A DNA stretch of 64,000 nucleotides from Candidatus Micrarchaeota archaeon (GTDB lineage: Archaea > Micrarchaeota > Micrarchaeia > Anstonellales > Anstonellaceae): positions 38,896 through 102,895 of the forward strand of contig JAOAKI010000014.1 in NCBI GenBank assembly GCA_026413765.1, written 5' to 3'. Both the position numbers and the translations under genes were made by a program. Shown here piece after piece: positions 47,378-55,881 of this stretch. Position 1 is the first letter of the stretch. Each line of letters opens with the position of its first letter. The notes beneath the pieces are model-generated. The model was not told the DNA's origin, did not search any database, and saw nothing but the letters and a program-made list of their open reading frames with translations.

Positions 47378-48415
47378 GTGGTAAGGCTTGCCTTTGTGTT
47401 TTTGCTTGCAATGTCGGTTCTCGTCCAGTCGCACAACCTTTCAATCAAAGTGCTGCTTCTCCCAGACACCATTGCGGTAGGCACAAACGTTACTGTCCTG
47501 CACGACGGTGTTGAGCTCTTTACAAAAAAGGCAGACAAAAACGGAATTGCTTCATTCGAAGTGCCATCTGGAAGCTATTTTGTCATCTTGAAGAGAGGCG
47601 GCTATCCAACACACGTGAACCTTTTGAACGTCGAAAAGGACACAGAAATTACTCTGTTTTTGCGCAATCAAATTTCTTACGGCGGCATCTACGGGCAAAT
47701 CAGAGGCCCCCAGAATTTCTCAAACGTTTCAATATCGGTCTATTCGGGCCAAAAGCTGGTAAAGAAATTCAGCAGCAAGGCAGACAACACCCCAAACAAG
47801 GACGGCTATTTTTTCATCCAATATCTCCCAGAAGGCGAATATAGGTTTGTTTTTGATGCACCTGGCTTTGTCTCAAAGGAAGAGGAGCAGCAAATATTCG
47901 AAGGCCAATTTAATGAGCTGAATGTTTTCCTTGAAAAGGAGAAGCCAGCAGAAGAGCCAAAAGCAAACGCCACCGCGCCTGCAAAGCCAACCTTGGTTGT
48001 GAGCTCGGACATGCAGAAATACTCGAAAGTGACTGTCACTCTTTCAGTAGGCAATGCCCCACTGCCAGGAAAGCAAATCATTGTGAAGACCCCTGCAGGC
48101 AACCTTGAGCTGACAACATCGGACAAAGGGCAAGCATTCTTCAATGCAGCAGAAGCAGGAACATATGTTGTCTCTTATGAAGACATCAACTATACTTTTT
48201 TCATCCAAGAGGATGAAAAGCCAAGCATAGCTCAGCCTCCAGCTGTGCAAGAGCAGGCAAGCAGCCAGCCCAAAGCCGAAGCTGCTGAGGAAAGCCAAGC
48301 AAGCATTGCAATTTTTGGCTTGGCGGCAGGCATGATTTTTATCTTCATGGCAATAACAGTTGTCGTGCTGTGGCAGGTGCTCAAAAAAGGCAAGCACAAG
48401 CGCCACAAAAGGTGA
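47378..48415 (+). CDS. surface protein with carboxypeptidase-regulatory-like beta-sandwich domains and a C-terminal TM anchor
   Basis: Signal peptide, repeated ..[33 protein letters not shown].. modules, C-terminal [23 protein letters not shown] plus a [10 protein letters not shown] tail. Confidence 0.55.
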   Translation: MVRLAFVFLLAMSVLVQSHNLSIKVLLLPDTIAVGTNVTVLHDGVELFTKKADKNGIASFEVPSGSYFVILKRGGYPTHVNLLNVEKDTEITLFLRNQISYGGIYGQIRGPQNFSNVSISVYSGQKLVKKFSSKADNTPNKDGYFFIQYLPEGEYRFVFDAPGFVSKEEEQQIFEGQFNELNVFLEKEKPAEEPKANATAPAKPTLVVSSDMQKYSKVTVTLSVGNAPLPGKQIIVKTPAGNLELTTSDKGQAFFNAAEAGTYVVSYEDINYTFFIQEDEKPSIAQPPAVQEQASSQPKAEAAEESQASIAIFGLAAGMIFIFMAITVVVLWQVLKKGKHKRHKR

Positions 48416-49377
48416 GCATTTTGTTCGACCCTCAAAATTTCATCAAAGAGTCGGTTGAAGACATAAAAAGAAAAGTAGGCTCGAATGTTGCTGTGATTGC
48501 TGTCTCTGGCGGAGTGGATTCTTCGGTTGCAGCCGCTCTTGCAACAAGAGCCCTCCAAAACAACGTTCATTGCATTTTTGTGGACACCGGCCTGATGAGA
48601 AAAAATGAAGCACAAAATGTGCAGGCTTTGATGTCAAAGGCAGGAGTCAGCGTCCAGATAATTGATGCAAGCAGCCTCTTCCTTTCTGCGCTCAAAGGCG
48701 TGTCAAATCCAGAAAAGAAGCGCAAAATCATCGGGAAGCTCTTTATAAAAGTTTTCGAGGCAGAGGCGAAAAAGAGGAAGGCAAAATTTTTGGTCCAGGG
48801 CACAATTGCTCCAGATTGGATTGAGTCAGGAGCAGGACTCCGAGACACAATCAAGTCTCACCATAACGTTGGGGGGTTGCCGAAAAAGATGGGCATGAAG
48901 CTGGTTGAGCCGCTGCGGGAGCTCTACAAGGACGAAGTAAGGAAAGTCGCATCTGCGCTTGGATTGCCCCAGCAGATAGTCAATAGGCAGCCATTTCCTG
49001 GCCCCGGTCTTGCAGTCCGCATAATAGGAGCAGTCAGCAAAAAGAAGCTGCAAATCATCCGTGAGGCATGCGCAATCGTCGAAGAAGAAATCGAGAAAGC
49101 CGCGCAAAGCGGCCAAATCCAGCGCCCTTGGCAATATTTTGCAGTGCTTCTTCCGCTGAAGTCGGTGGGCGTCTTAGGTGACGCAAGGGCTTATGGATAT
49201 ACAGTTGCAATAAGGGCAGTCGAAAGCATAGACGGAATGACTGCCAAACCCTCTCCCCTTCCAGCCGAGCTTCTGGAGACCATCTCAAACAGGATAACAC
49301 GCCAGCTCAAGCGGCAGGTCAACCGAGTGGTTTATGACACAACAAGCAAGCCACCTGCGACAATTGAGTGGGAATAG
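48412..49377 (+). CDS. guaA: GMP synthase, ATP-pyrophosphatase subunit B (split archaeal form)
   Basis: PP-loop SGGVDSSV; GTG start overlapping the upstream stop (GTGA). Confidence 0.85.
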   Translation: MSILFDPQNFIKESVEDIKRKVGSNVAVIAVSGGVDSSVAAALATRALQNNVHCIFVDTGLMRKNEAQNVQALMSKAGVSVQIIDASSLFLSALKGVSNPEKKRKIIGKLFIKVFEAEAKKRKAKFLVQGTIAPDWIESGAGLRDTIKSHHNVGGLPKKMGMKLVEPLRELYKDEVRKVASALGLPQQIVNRQPFPGPGLAVRIIGAVSKKKLQIIREACAIVEEEIEKAAQSGQIQRPWQYFAVLLPLKSVGVLGDARAYGYTVAIRAVESIDGMTAKPSPLPAELLETISNRITRQLKRQVNRVVYDTTSKPPATIEWE

Positions 49378-49379
49378 CT

Positions 49380-49946
49380 ATGAGAATCGCAATCGTTGAT
49401 TTTGGGTCGCAATGGACGCATCGCATCCACCGCACTCTCAAATACTTGGGAGCAGAGTCTGAGATAGTGCCTGTCAAGACGCCTGTCAAAAAAATCCTGG
49501 CTTTCGACGCGCTTATTTTTTCTGGGGGCGCAATAAGAATCGCTTTGGGGGACGCAAACCAAACTGGAAACGCGGCAAAATACCTAAAAGAGTTCACAAA
49601 TCCCATCATGGGAATCTGCGCAGGGCAGCAATTCATCGGGTTGTTTTTTGGGGGCAAAGCACGAGAATCAAAAACCCCAGAATACGGCAAGGTGGAGCTG
49701 TTTGTCGATTTCCACAATGAGATTTTTGAAGGCTTGCCTGACCGCTTCACTGTATGGGCAAGCCACAACGATGAGGTAGTTGACACTCCAGGCTTCCAGG
49801 TTCTTGCGCACTCAAAAGACTGCTCAAATCACGCTTTCAAATCTCTCTCACGGCCAATCTATGGGTGCCTTTTTCACCCAGAAGTTGAGCACAGCCAATA
49901 CGGCAGCCAAATCTATGCCAATTTCATTAAAATCGCAAAAAAATGA
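49380..49946 (+). CDS. guaA: GMP synthase, glutamine amidotransferase subunit A
   Basis: Class I GATase G-x-C-x-G motif (GICAGQQ) and the HPE motif (FHPEV). Confidence 0.8.
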   Translation: MRIAIVDFGSQWTHRIHRTLKYLGAESEIVPVKTPVKKILAFDALIFSGGAIRIALGDANQTGNAAKYLKEFTNPIMGICAGQQFIGLFFGGKARESKTPEYGKVELFVDFHNEIFEGLPDRFTVWASHNDEVVDTPGFQVLAHSKDCSNHAFKSLSRPIYGCLFHPEVEHSQYGSQIYANFIKIAKK

Positions 49947-49949
49947 GAG

Positions 49950-50068
49950 TGCAGGGAGGGAGATTTGAACTCCCGATGACCTAAAGTCACCAGATTGCTT
50001 ATTGCCCTTTTGCAAAAGCAAATGGGATCTTGAGTCTGGCGCGTTAAACCTGGCTCCGCCATCCCTGC
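49950..50068 (-). tRNA. tRNA-Leu(CAA) containing a 33-nt intron at the canonical 37/38 position
   Basis: Minus-strand read: acceptor GCAGGGA/TCCCTGC, 3-bp D stem (class II), anticodon stem CCAGA/TCTGG with loop CUCAAGA interrupted after G37, extra arm TGAC..GTCA, T arm GGGAG-TTCAAAT-CTCCC, discriminator A. Confidence 0.8.
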
Positions 50069-50095
50069 ATCCTATCTTTTGAAGCATAAAAAATA

Positions 50096-51355
50096 TTAGG
50101 ATGGCGGCAAGCGAGCAGCTTCCATTTCCTCCTCAATCTCCTTCTCCCGCTTCTTTCTTCTGTAATACATGATGGTGTATGCCACAAAACCCAACACAAC
50201 AGCTATTGCAACATAATGCTCTAGCCCAAGCTTATCCAAAATCCCCTCTTCTTTCTTTTTCTCCTCGGCAGGCTTCTTTTCGGTTGGAATGACATAGCTC
50301 CCGCTGGCGGTTCCGCTATTGCCTTCCTTGTCTGTCACTTTTACGAGATATTTGACAATCGTGTCTTTTGGTGCAGGAGGTATCTTTGCCTCAAAAGTGT
50401 TGTATCCTATCGTATATGCAGGCACATAGCTAGTCTTGTTTTGGATTTCATACGAAAGGACCACGCTTGCTATTCCGCTTGCCTTGGGGCCAGGCTCCTG
50501 CACATAGACGTTTACCACCACTTCACCATTTTTTTGGATTCGGTGGTGCATCTCCGCTATCTTCGGCGGAGTCTTGTCGAAAACCAATTGCATCCTGTCT
50601 GAAGTCTTGAGGCTCAGCTGCATTTTTTTGAAGCTTTCGTTGTAGCGGACAACAAGATGGGGATTTTCATTTGTGATGTTTTCAAAGACTGCCTTGCCGC
50701 CTTCTACCTTTTTTGTTTGATTGTCTAGCTCAGCAACCGCCTCGACGGGCAATCCAAAGTCATCGACCACTTCCAGCTCAAACCTATATCTTGGGATAGT
50801 GATCGTTATTGCTTTGTCCTTGTCAAGCATCAAATCAGCGTTTCGGACAGTATTTTCAACCTCTGCCCTCACATTGTATTTGCCGGGTGGCAGCTGGAAA
50901 ATCGCATCTCCGTTTGTGTCAGTGCCTATTGTCCTGTTTCCAATAGTCACCTTTGCCGGCAGGGGCTTTCCATTCTGGTCTCTTACGCTGACTACTGCAA
51001 AATATGCAGTCACTTGCATGCTGTAAGTTCGGTCAATAGGGGGGTCATCCACCACCAAATTTGCGGTCTTCAATTCGGAGCCATATTTCACATAAAGCGT
51101 GTAGGTGTATTTTGTTTGCGATTTGATTTCTTCCCAATTAGTGAAGACTATCTCCACTGTGCCATTGGCTGAAGTGAGCTTTGGCTTGGTTTTCACATAT
51201 CCAGCGACAGAATTCAGCTGGTGCTCAACATATACTTGCGCCCCTTCAACAGGCCTTAAGCTCTGGTCAAAAACTTGGACCGTCAGTTTCTGGGTATAGC
51301 CGCAATATGCAGCCCCCACAAGCAATGCCAAAATGAAAATAGTCAGCTTCTGCAT
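50096..51355 (-). CDS. surface protein with carboxypeptidase-regulatory-like domains and a C-terminal TM anchor
   Basis: Signal peptide MQKLTIFILALLVGAAYC, several CarbopepD_reg-like modules, C-terminal YVAIAVVLGFVAYTIMYY plus a RRKKREKE tail. Confidence 0.55.
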   Translation of the reverse strand: MQKLTIFILALLVGAAYCGYTQKLTVQVFDQSLRPVEGAQVYVEHQLNSVAGYVKTKPKLTSANGTVEIVFTNWEEIKSQTKYTYTLYVKYGSELKTANLVVDDPPIDRTYSMQVTAYFAVVSVRDQNGKPLPAKVTIGNRTIGTDTNGDAIFQLPPGKYNVRAEVENTVRNADLMLDKDKAITITIPRYRFELEVVDDFGLPVEAVAELDNQTKKVEGGKAVFENITNENPHLVVRYNESFKKMQLSLKTSDRMQLVFDKTPPKIAEMHHRIQKNGEVVVNVYVQEPGPKASGIASVVLSYEIQNKTSYVPAYTIGYNTFEAKIPPAPKDTIVKYLVKVTDKEGNSGTASGSYVIPTEKKPAEEKKKEEGILDKLGLEHYVAIAVVLGFVAYTIMYYRRKKREKEIEEEMEAARLPPS

Positions 51356-51475
51356 GCTTTACTTTTTTGTGCCATACTATTTAATCCTGGCGCATCTGAT
51401 GAGAAAAGCTTTTATATTCTACTTCCGAATGATGGAGCAAGAGTAATTATGCCAAAATTTTGATGGAGGGATAAG

Positions 51476-51937
51476 ATGGGCGTTCGTATGAGAGGACAAG
51501 GTGCAACCGAGTATCTTGTCTTGCTTGCTGTGGTTTTGATTATTGCGCTGGTTTCAATTGCGCTGCTCGGGTTCTTCCCAGGGCTTGCCTCAGACGCAAA
51601 AATAACGCAGTCAAACACTTATTGGAGAGGCGAGGCAATGCCATTCAGCATTATAGAGCACTCTTTTGATTCTTCCGGAAACGGCAGCATCGTGATTACC
51701 AACAGAGACGCAAGCGGCACACTGACAATCACCAACATCACTGTGGGCAATGCAACATATTCAACCCCAACCGTTCTTGCCCCAGGCGACCAAAAAGTCA
51801 TCCCGCTTTCTGGAGCAGGCAGCGGCTCAGCCGGAGGCACTTACGAGTTTGATGTCAAGATCTCCTACACAAGTATTGGAGGCTTGCCAAAAACACAAAC
51901 CGGCAAATATCCCCTGATTGGGAAATTCTACTCTTAA
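51476..51937 (+). CDS. archaeal type IV pilin (class III signal peptide), candidate major pilin
   Basis: N-terminus ..MRGQGATEYLVLLAVVLIIALVSIALLGF matches [KR]G|Q..TEYL.. then a hydrophobic helix; TATA-like GCTTTTATATTC upstream. Confidence 0.65.
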   Translation: MGVRMRGQGATEYLVLLAVVLIIALVSIALLGFFPGLASDAKITQSNTYWRGEAMPFSIIEHSFDSSGNGSIVITNRDASGTLTITNITVGNATYSTPTVLAPGDQKVIPLSGAGSGSAGGTYEFDVKISYTSIGGLPKTQTGKYPLIGKFYS

Positions 51938-51980
51938 GCACACCTTCTTTTTTTCTTTTTTCCATTTTTTCAACAATCGC

Positions 51981-52958
51981 CTATTCTGAAAGCCAGACAA
52001 GGCTTTCATTTTGCGCAACATATCTTACTTTTTTTCCTGCAAGCCAGCTTGCCTTTAGCTCTATCAGCGTTTTTGCCTCTGCGCCTTCAACCTCTTTCAG
52101 CCCAAGAACAGAAAGAAGCTGCCCAAGCTTCATAGTAAATTGCCTTTTGCCAATCCAAACTTTGCACTCTTGGCCTTCAACTTTCACGTATTTGAATTCG
52201 CCTTGCTCTTCTGCCCCCTTTTTTATCAAGCGCGAATTGAAATTGAAATGTATTTCTCCATTCTTGAACAGCACATTGTCTAGAACCACCAAATCCCCAG
52301 TTGAAATGCCGGCCTTCGAATAGTCGAAATCTTCCTGCCAGATGACGACACGCCTGCATCCGTTTTTGCCGCAAAGCTGAAATGCTGACATCTTTTTTTC
52401 TTTTCCAGTCTTTTTGTCAATATAGAAATAGTCAGGCTCAATCTCGCCAACTTGCCCTTCCACATTGCATATCCCTGCAGTAAGCTGGTCCACTTGCAGC
52501 CTTGGCGCCCTCTTGACTATCTTTATTTCTCCTCCTTTGCCTACCCAAATCTCTCCCCCGCGGAAATAAGCGCGCCTAACCTCTATCTCATCTTGGTGGC
52601 AAATTTGTTGCGCAATTTTTGCCTGTTCGTTCCACAAGACCAACGTTGCTTCCGCGCTTTTGTCATAGATATGCAGGCGGACCGAGCAATCCTGGCTGCC
52701 TGGATAATATTGCACAGGAAATACTCTCTTGACGGTTGCATTGAAGCTGAATGGCAAAACTGTTTTTGCTGCCTCTGCAAGCAAGATGAGTCCATCAATT
52801 GCAATCCCTCTTTCTTTGCACAGAAGGCGGATAGCGGCTTCTCTTGAAAGGAGGCCGCCAAATTCCTCAATTTTCTTGCTGATCTCTTCCTCCAGCTTTT
52901 CGCCCAGCTCTTCCCCAAGCTTCCCTTCAGCATCCATATTTGGCGCTTTTGATGGCAA
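51981..52958 (-). CDS. putative RPA-like single-stranded-DNA-binding protein with 2-3 OB folds
   Basis: Repeated OB-fold-like segments (..VRLHIYDKSAEATLVLWNEQA.. and ..FQLCGKNGCRRVVIWQED..). Confidence 0.4.
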   Translation of the reverse strand: MPSKAPNMDAEGKLGEELGEKLEEEISKKIEEFGGLLSREAAIRLLCKERGIAIDGLILLAEAAKTVLPFSFNATVKRVFPVQYYPGSQDCSVRLHIYDKSAEATLVLWNEQAKIAQQICHQDEIEVRRAYFRGGEIWVGKGGEIKIVKRAPRLQVDQLTAGICNVEGQVGEIEPDYFYIDKKTGKEKKMSAFQLCGKNGCRRVVIWQEDFDYSKAGISTGDLVVLDNVLFKNGEIHFNFNSRLIKKGAEEQGEFKYVKVEGQECKVWIGKRQFTMKLGQLLSVLGLKEVEGAEAKTLIELKASWLAGKKVRYVAQNESLVWLSE

Positions 52959-52968
52959 CTTTTAAAAT

Positions 52969-53889
52969 GTGCAGCGAAGCAATCTTTTCATGCAGCCGCA
53001 AGTCGTCACAGTAGGGCATATCATCTACGACATAAGAAATTATGTTGTCGAATTCCCGCAGCCAGACCAGACCGCTGTAATGCGCATGCACCCAAAGGCA
53101 GGCGGAGGAGGCTCGGCCGCCAACATCGCTGTCAATTTGAGCAAGCTTGGCTTTCGGTCTGGCGTGATTGGGAACGTCGGCTCAGACAGGCATGGCAAAT
53201 TCCTTCTGGAGGAGCTTTCCAAATTCAAAGTCGACACTTCTCAAGTGCGCGTCTTCAAAGGAATGAGCGGGCTTTCAGTCATCATCATCGATTCGCATGG
53301 CGAAGTTCGGATAATTGAGGATTATGGCGTCTCTGACCGAAGGCGCGCAATTGACAAGGATTACATCAGGCAGGCAAAATTTATCCATTTGAGCGGCTGC
53401 GCAAAGCACCTTCTTGAATCTGCAAGCAAGATCGCCTACTCATTTGGGCTCCCAATCTCGTTTGACCCTGGCAGAGCAGCTTCTCACCTGGGGGAAAGGC
53501 AGCTTTCAAGCATCCTCAAGCGCTGCGATTTCCTGATCATAAACCGCAAAGAGCTATTCGCGCTGACTTCAAGCAGGGAAGAGTCCGAGGCTGCAAGGCT
53601 TGCAAAAAAATACGGTCTGGTTTGCCTGATCAAACAGGGTGGAAAAGAAATAATCGTCAAGACAAATTACGGGCAGTCGTTTGATGTGCCTCCTTTCGTT
53701 GTGAAGCCTGTTGACACGCTTGGCGCAGGGGACGCATTTTGCGCAGGGTTCATCGCAGGCATCTTAGAAAAGCGCTCGCTGTTTGAGGCGGTGCGATTTG
53801 CGAATGCGGTTGCAGCCGCAAAAGTCCTTCGCAAAGGCGCACAATCCCTGCCTTCAAGAAGATTCATAGTGAAGAAATTCAATGTGTAG
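52969..53889 (+). CDS. PfkB-family carbohydrate/nucleoside kinase (ribokinase fold)
   Basis: C-terminal TLGAGDAFCAGFIAG signature. Confidence 0.75.
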   Translation: MQRSNLFMQPQVVTVGHIIYDIRNYVVEFPQPDQTAVMRMHPKAGGGGSAANIAVNLSKLGFRSGVIGNVGSDRHGKFLLEELSKFKVDTSQVRVFKGMSGLSVIIIDSHGEVRIIEDYGVSDRRRAIDKDYIRQAKFIHLSGCAKHLLESASKIAYSFGLPISFDPGRAASHLGERQLSSILKRCDFLIINRKELFALTSSREESEAARLAKKYGLVCLIKQGGKEIIVKTNYGQSFDVPPFVVKPVDTLGAGDAFCAGFIAGILEKRSLFEAVRFANAVAAAKVLRKGAQSLPSRRFIVKKFNV

Positions 53890-54603
53890 GTGTCTTGTGT
53901 GAAAGTCAAAAGCGCTGCTCTTGTTTTCAACCCAAAAAAACATGCTGCAAGAGCGACCGCGCGGCAGGTCCGCAACTTCCTTGAGAAAAACAAAATAAAG
54001 ATAAATCAAAAAAACCCACAGATCGTGATCACGATTGGCGGCGACGGCACAATTCTGTTTGCAAAAAAATACTATGGGATTCCTTTCTTTTCGATTGGCA
54101 GCCAGACAAGCTTCATATGTCAAGCGACATTTGCGGACTGGAAGGCAAAACTGAAAAGAGTCCTTCTCAAACCCAAATTAAGCAAAAGAATCCTTCTTGA
54201 GGCAAAAATCGCAAAATATAGGTTGCCTTTAGCGCTCAACGAAGTCGGCGCACGAAGCTCAAAGCCTCAGCTTTTGCAGCTGCAGCTATTTGTCGGCAAG
54301 AGGAAATATGCTTTTCGGGCTGACGGCGTCATTTTCTCCACGCCAACCGGCTCTTCAGCTTACTGCTACTCTTGCGGCGGCAAAGAGATGCCCAAAGAAA
54401 GTTCGAAATACCAAATCGTGGCAATCTGCCCATTCCGCAGAAGCTTTAAGCCAATCATCCTCTCTTTGCCATGCAGGCTCCATCTGGCTGGCATGCAGAA
54501 GGCGGACGTTTTTGTCGACGGAAAAGTATTCTCAAAGCTTTCCCAGTCCGATTTTCTGCAAGTCAAGATCAGCAAAAAGAAATTTCTTTTCCTTGAGCCC
54601 TAA
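53890..54603 (+). CDS. nadK: NAD kinase
   Basis: GGDGTILF motif and NEV..DGVIFSTPTGSSAY. Confidence 0.75.
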   Translation: MSCVKVKSAALVFNPKKHAARATARQVRNFLEKNKIKINQKNPQIVITIGGDGTILFAKKYYGIPFFSIGSQTSFICQATFADWKAKLKRVLLKPKLSKRILLEAKIAKYRLPLALNEVGARSSKPQLLQLQLFVGKRKYAFRADGVIFSTPTGSSAYCYSCGGKEMPKESSKYQIVAICPFRRSFKPIILSLPCRLHLAGMQKADVFVDGKVFSKLSQSDFLQVKISKKKFLFLEP

Positions 54604-55823
54604 AAAAGCAAAGCCCGCAGGTAAAAAAGCAAATCAGCCGCATTCTTTTTTGCCTCTTTGCTTGCAATCATCGAGGCAAGCTCTTTGCGGAGCCATTCCT
54701 TTTGCTTTGCCCTTTTTATGAGCAAGTCCAAAAGCCACTGCTGTCTTCCGAGCCGCTGCATCGTGTAGCTATAGCTTACCTCTTTTTCCATCTCTTTCCA
54801 CAGCGCTTTCTCATAAGCTATGCAATCGCTTTCGCTGATGTCTCTTGCCAATTTTTCACCAAGCACTTCTGAAGCAATTTTTGCGCTTCTCATCGCATTC
54901 CCAATCCCCTCGCCAGAAAACGGATCAACAAGGGATGCGGCATCACCCAAGAGTATGAAGCCGTTGCCTGCGCACCTTCTTTTCGCAGAAGCCAAAGGAA
55001 GCACCCAGCCAGCAAGCTCCCCATCCATCTTTGCGCCTTCAAACCTTTCTGCAAATTTCGGATGCAGAAGGCACTTTTGCAGTAGCGCAGAAAGGTTCAC
55101 TTTCTTGCGCGATATGTCTGAAAGAAGCATCCCCACTCCGACATTTGCGCTGTTTTTTGAAAGCGGGAATATCCAAAAGTAACCAGGCATGCATTCTTGC
55201 AAGAAGTGAATCTCTATATTGCCAGTCAAGCCCCCCACATTCTTGAAATATCCTCTGATGGCGGAGCACATGTGTTGCGGATTGTATGAAAAGCACCCCG
55301 TCTTTCGCGCCACAGTGGAGTTTGCGCCATCTGCTCCTACGACAAGCTTTGCCCTAAATTCAAATTCCTTTCCTTGGCGGCTTTTTGCCACAACGCCTGC
55401 CACTTTTTTGCCTTCAAAAACCAAATCCACCACTTCCATCTCTTCAAGCGCAGTGCAGCTTTTTTTTGCGTGTTCAAATACAAGCAAGTCAAAATCCACC
55501 CTTTTGCATACATATCCGCATGCAAATTCCCTTTTTGCGCCCTCCAGGCTGATTTCGACTTCATGCCCTGCTGGAGAAGAAAACACAACCCCGTTGTTCC
55601 GGAGAAACCCGATCATTTGCAGCTTCTTTTCAAGCCCAAGCTCTTGCAGGACTGAAATCGCTTTCCCGCCAATTGCATCACCACAAGGCTTGTCTCTTGG
55701 GAATCTTTCTTTTTCCAAAAGCAAGACATCGCAGCCTTTTTTGGCAAGCAAAGCTGCGCAGCTTGCTCCTGCCGGACCTCCACCGACAACGATTGCGTCA
55801 AACTGGCTTTTCATGCGAGGCAC
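54600..55823 (-). CDS. geranylgeranyl reductase family flavoprotein (second paralog)
   Basis: FDAIVVGGGPAGASCA FAD motif; GDAASLVDPFSGEGIGNAM. Confidence 0.8.
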   Translation of the reverse strand: MPRMKSQFDAIVVGGGPAGASCAALLAKKGCDVLLLEKERFPRDKPCGDAIGGKAISVLQELGLEKKLQMIGFLRNNGVVFSSPAGHEVEISLEGAKREFACGYVCKRVDFDLLVFEHAKKSCTALEEMEVVDLVFEGKKVAGVVAKSRQGKEFEFRAKLVVGADGANSTVARKTGCFSYNPQHMCSAIRGYFKNVGGLTGNIEIHFLQECMPGYFWIFPLSKNSANVGVGMLLSDISRKKVNLSALLQKCLLHPKFAERFEGAKMDGELAGWVLPLASAKRRCAGNGFILLGDAASLVDPFSGEGIGNAMRSAKIASEVLGEKLARDISESDCIAYEKALWKEMEKEVSYSYTMQRLGRQQWLLDLLIKRAKQKEWLRKELASMIASKEAKKNAADLLFYLRALLF

Positions 55824-55881
55824 TTTCAGTGCAATCTATATAAAGCTGTTGTGTCAAAAAAAGTAAGCGTGAGGTGCTGAT

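Noticed and set aside
49950-51355. tRNA-adjacent region as an integrated mobile element
   Set aside because: No integrase, recombinase, direct repeat of the tRNA 3' end or phage/plasmid genes are visible; the flanking genes are housekeeping (guaA) or surface proteins.
45768-51937. Diversity-generating retroelement targeting the pilin/adhesin genes
   Set aside because: No reverse transcriptase ORF (no YxDD-containing RT) and no template/variable repeat pair detected in the window.
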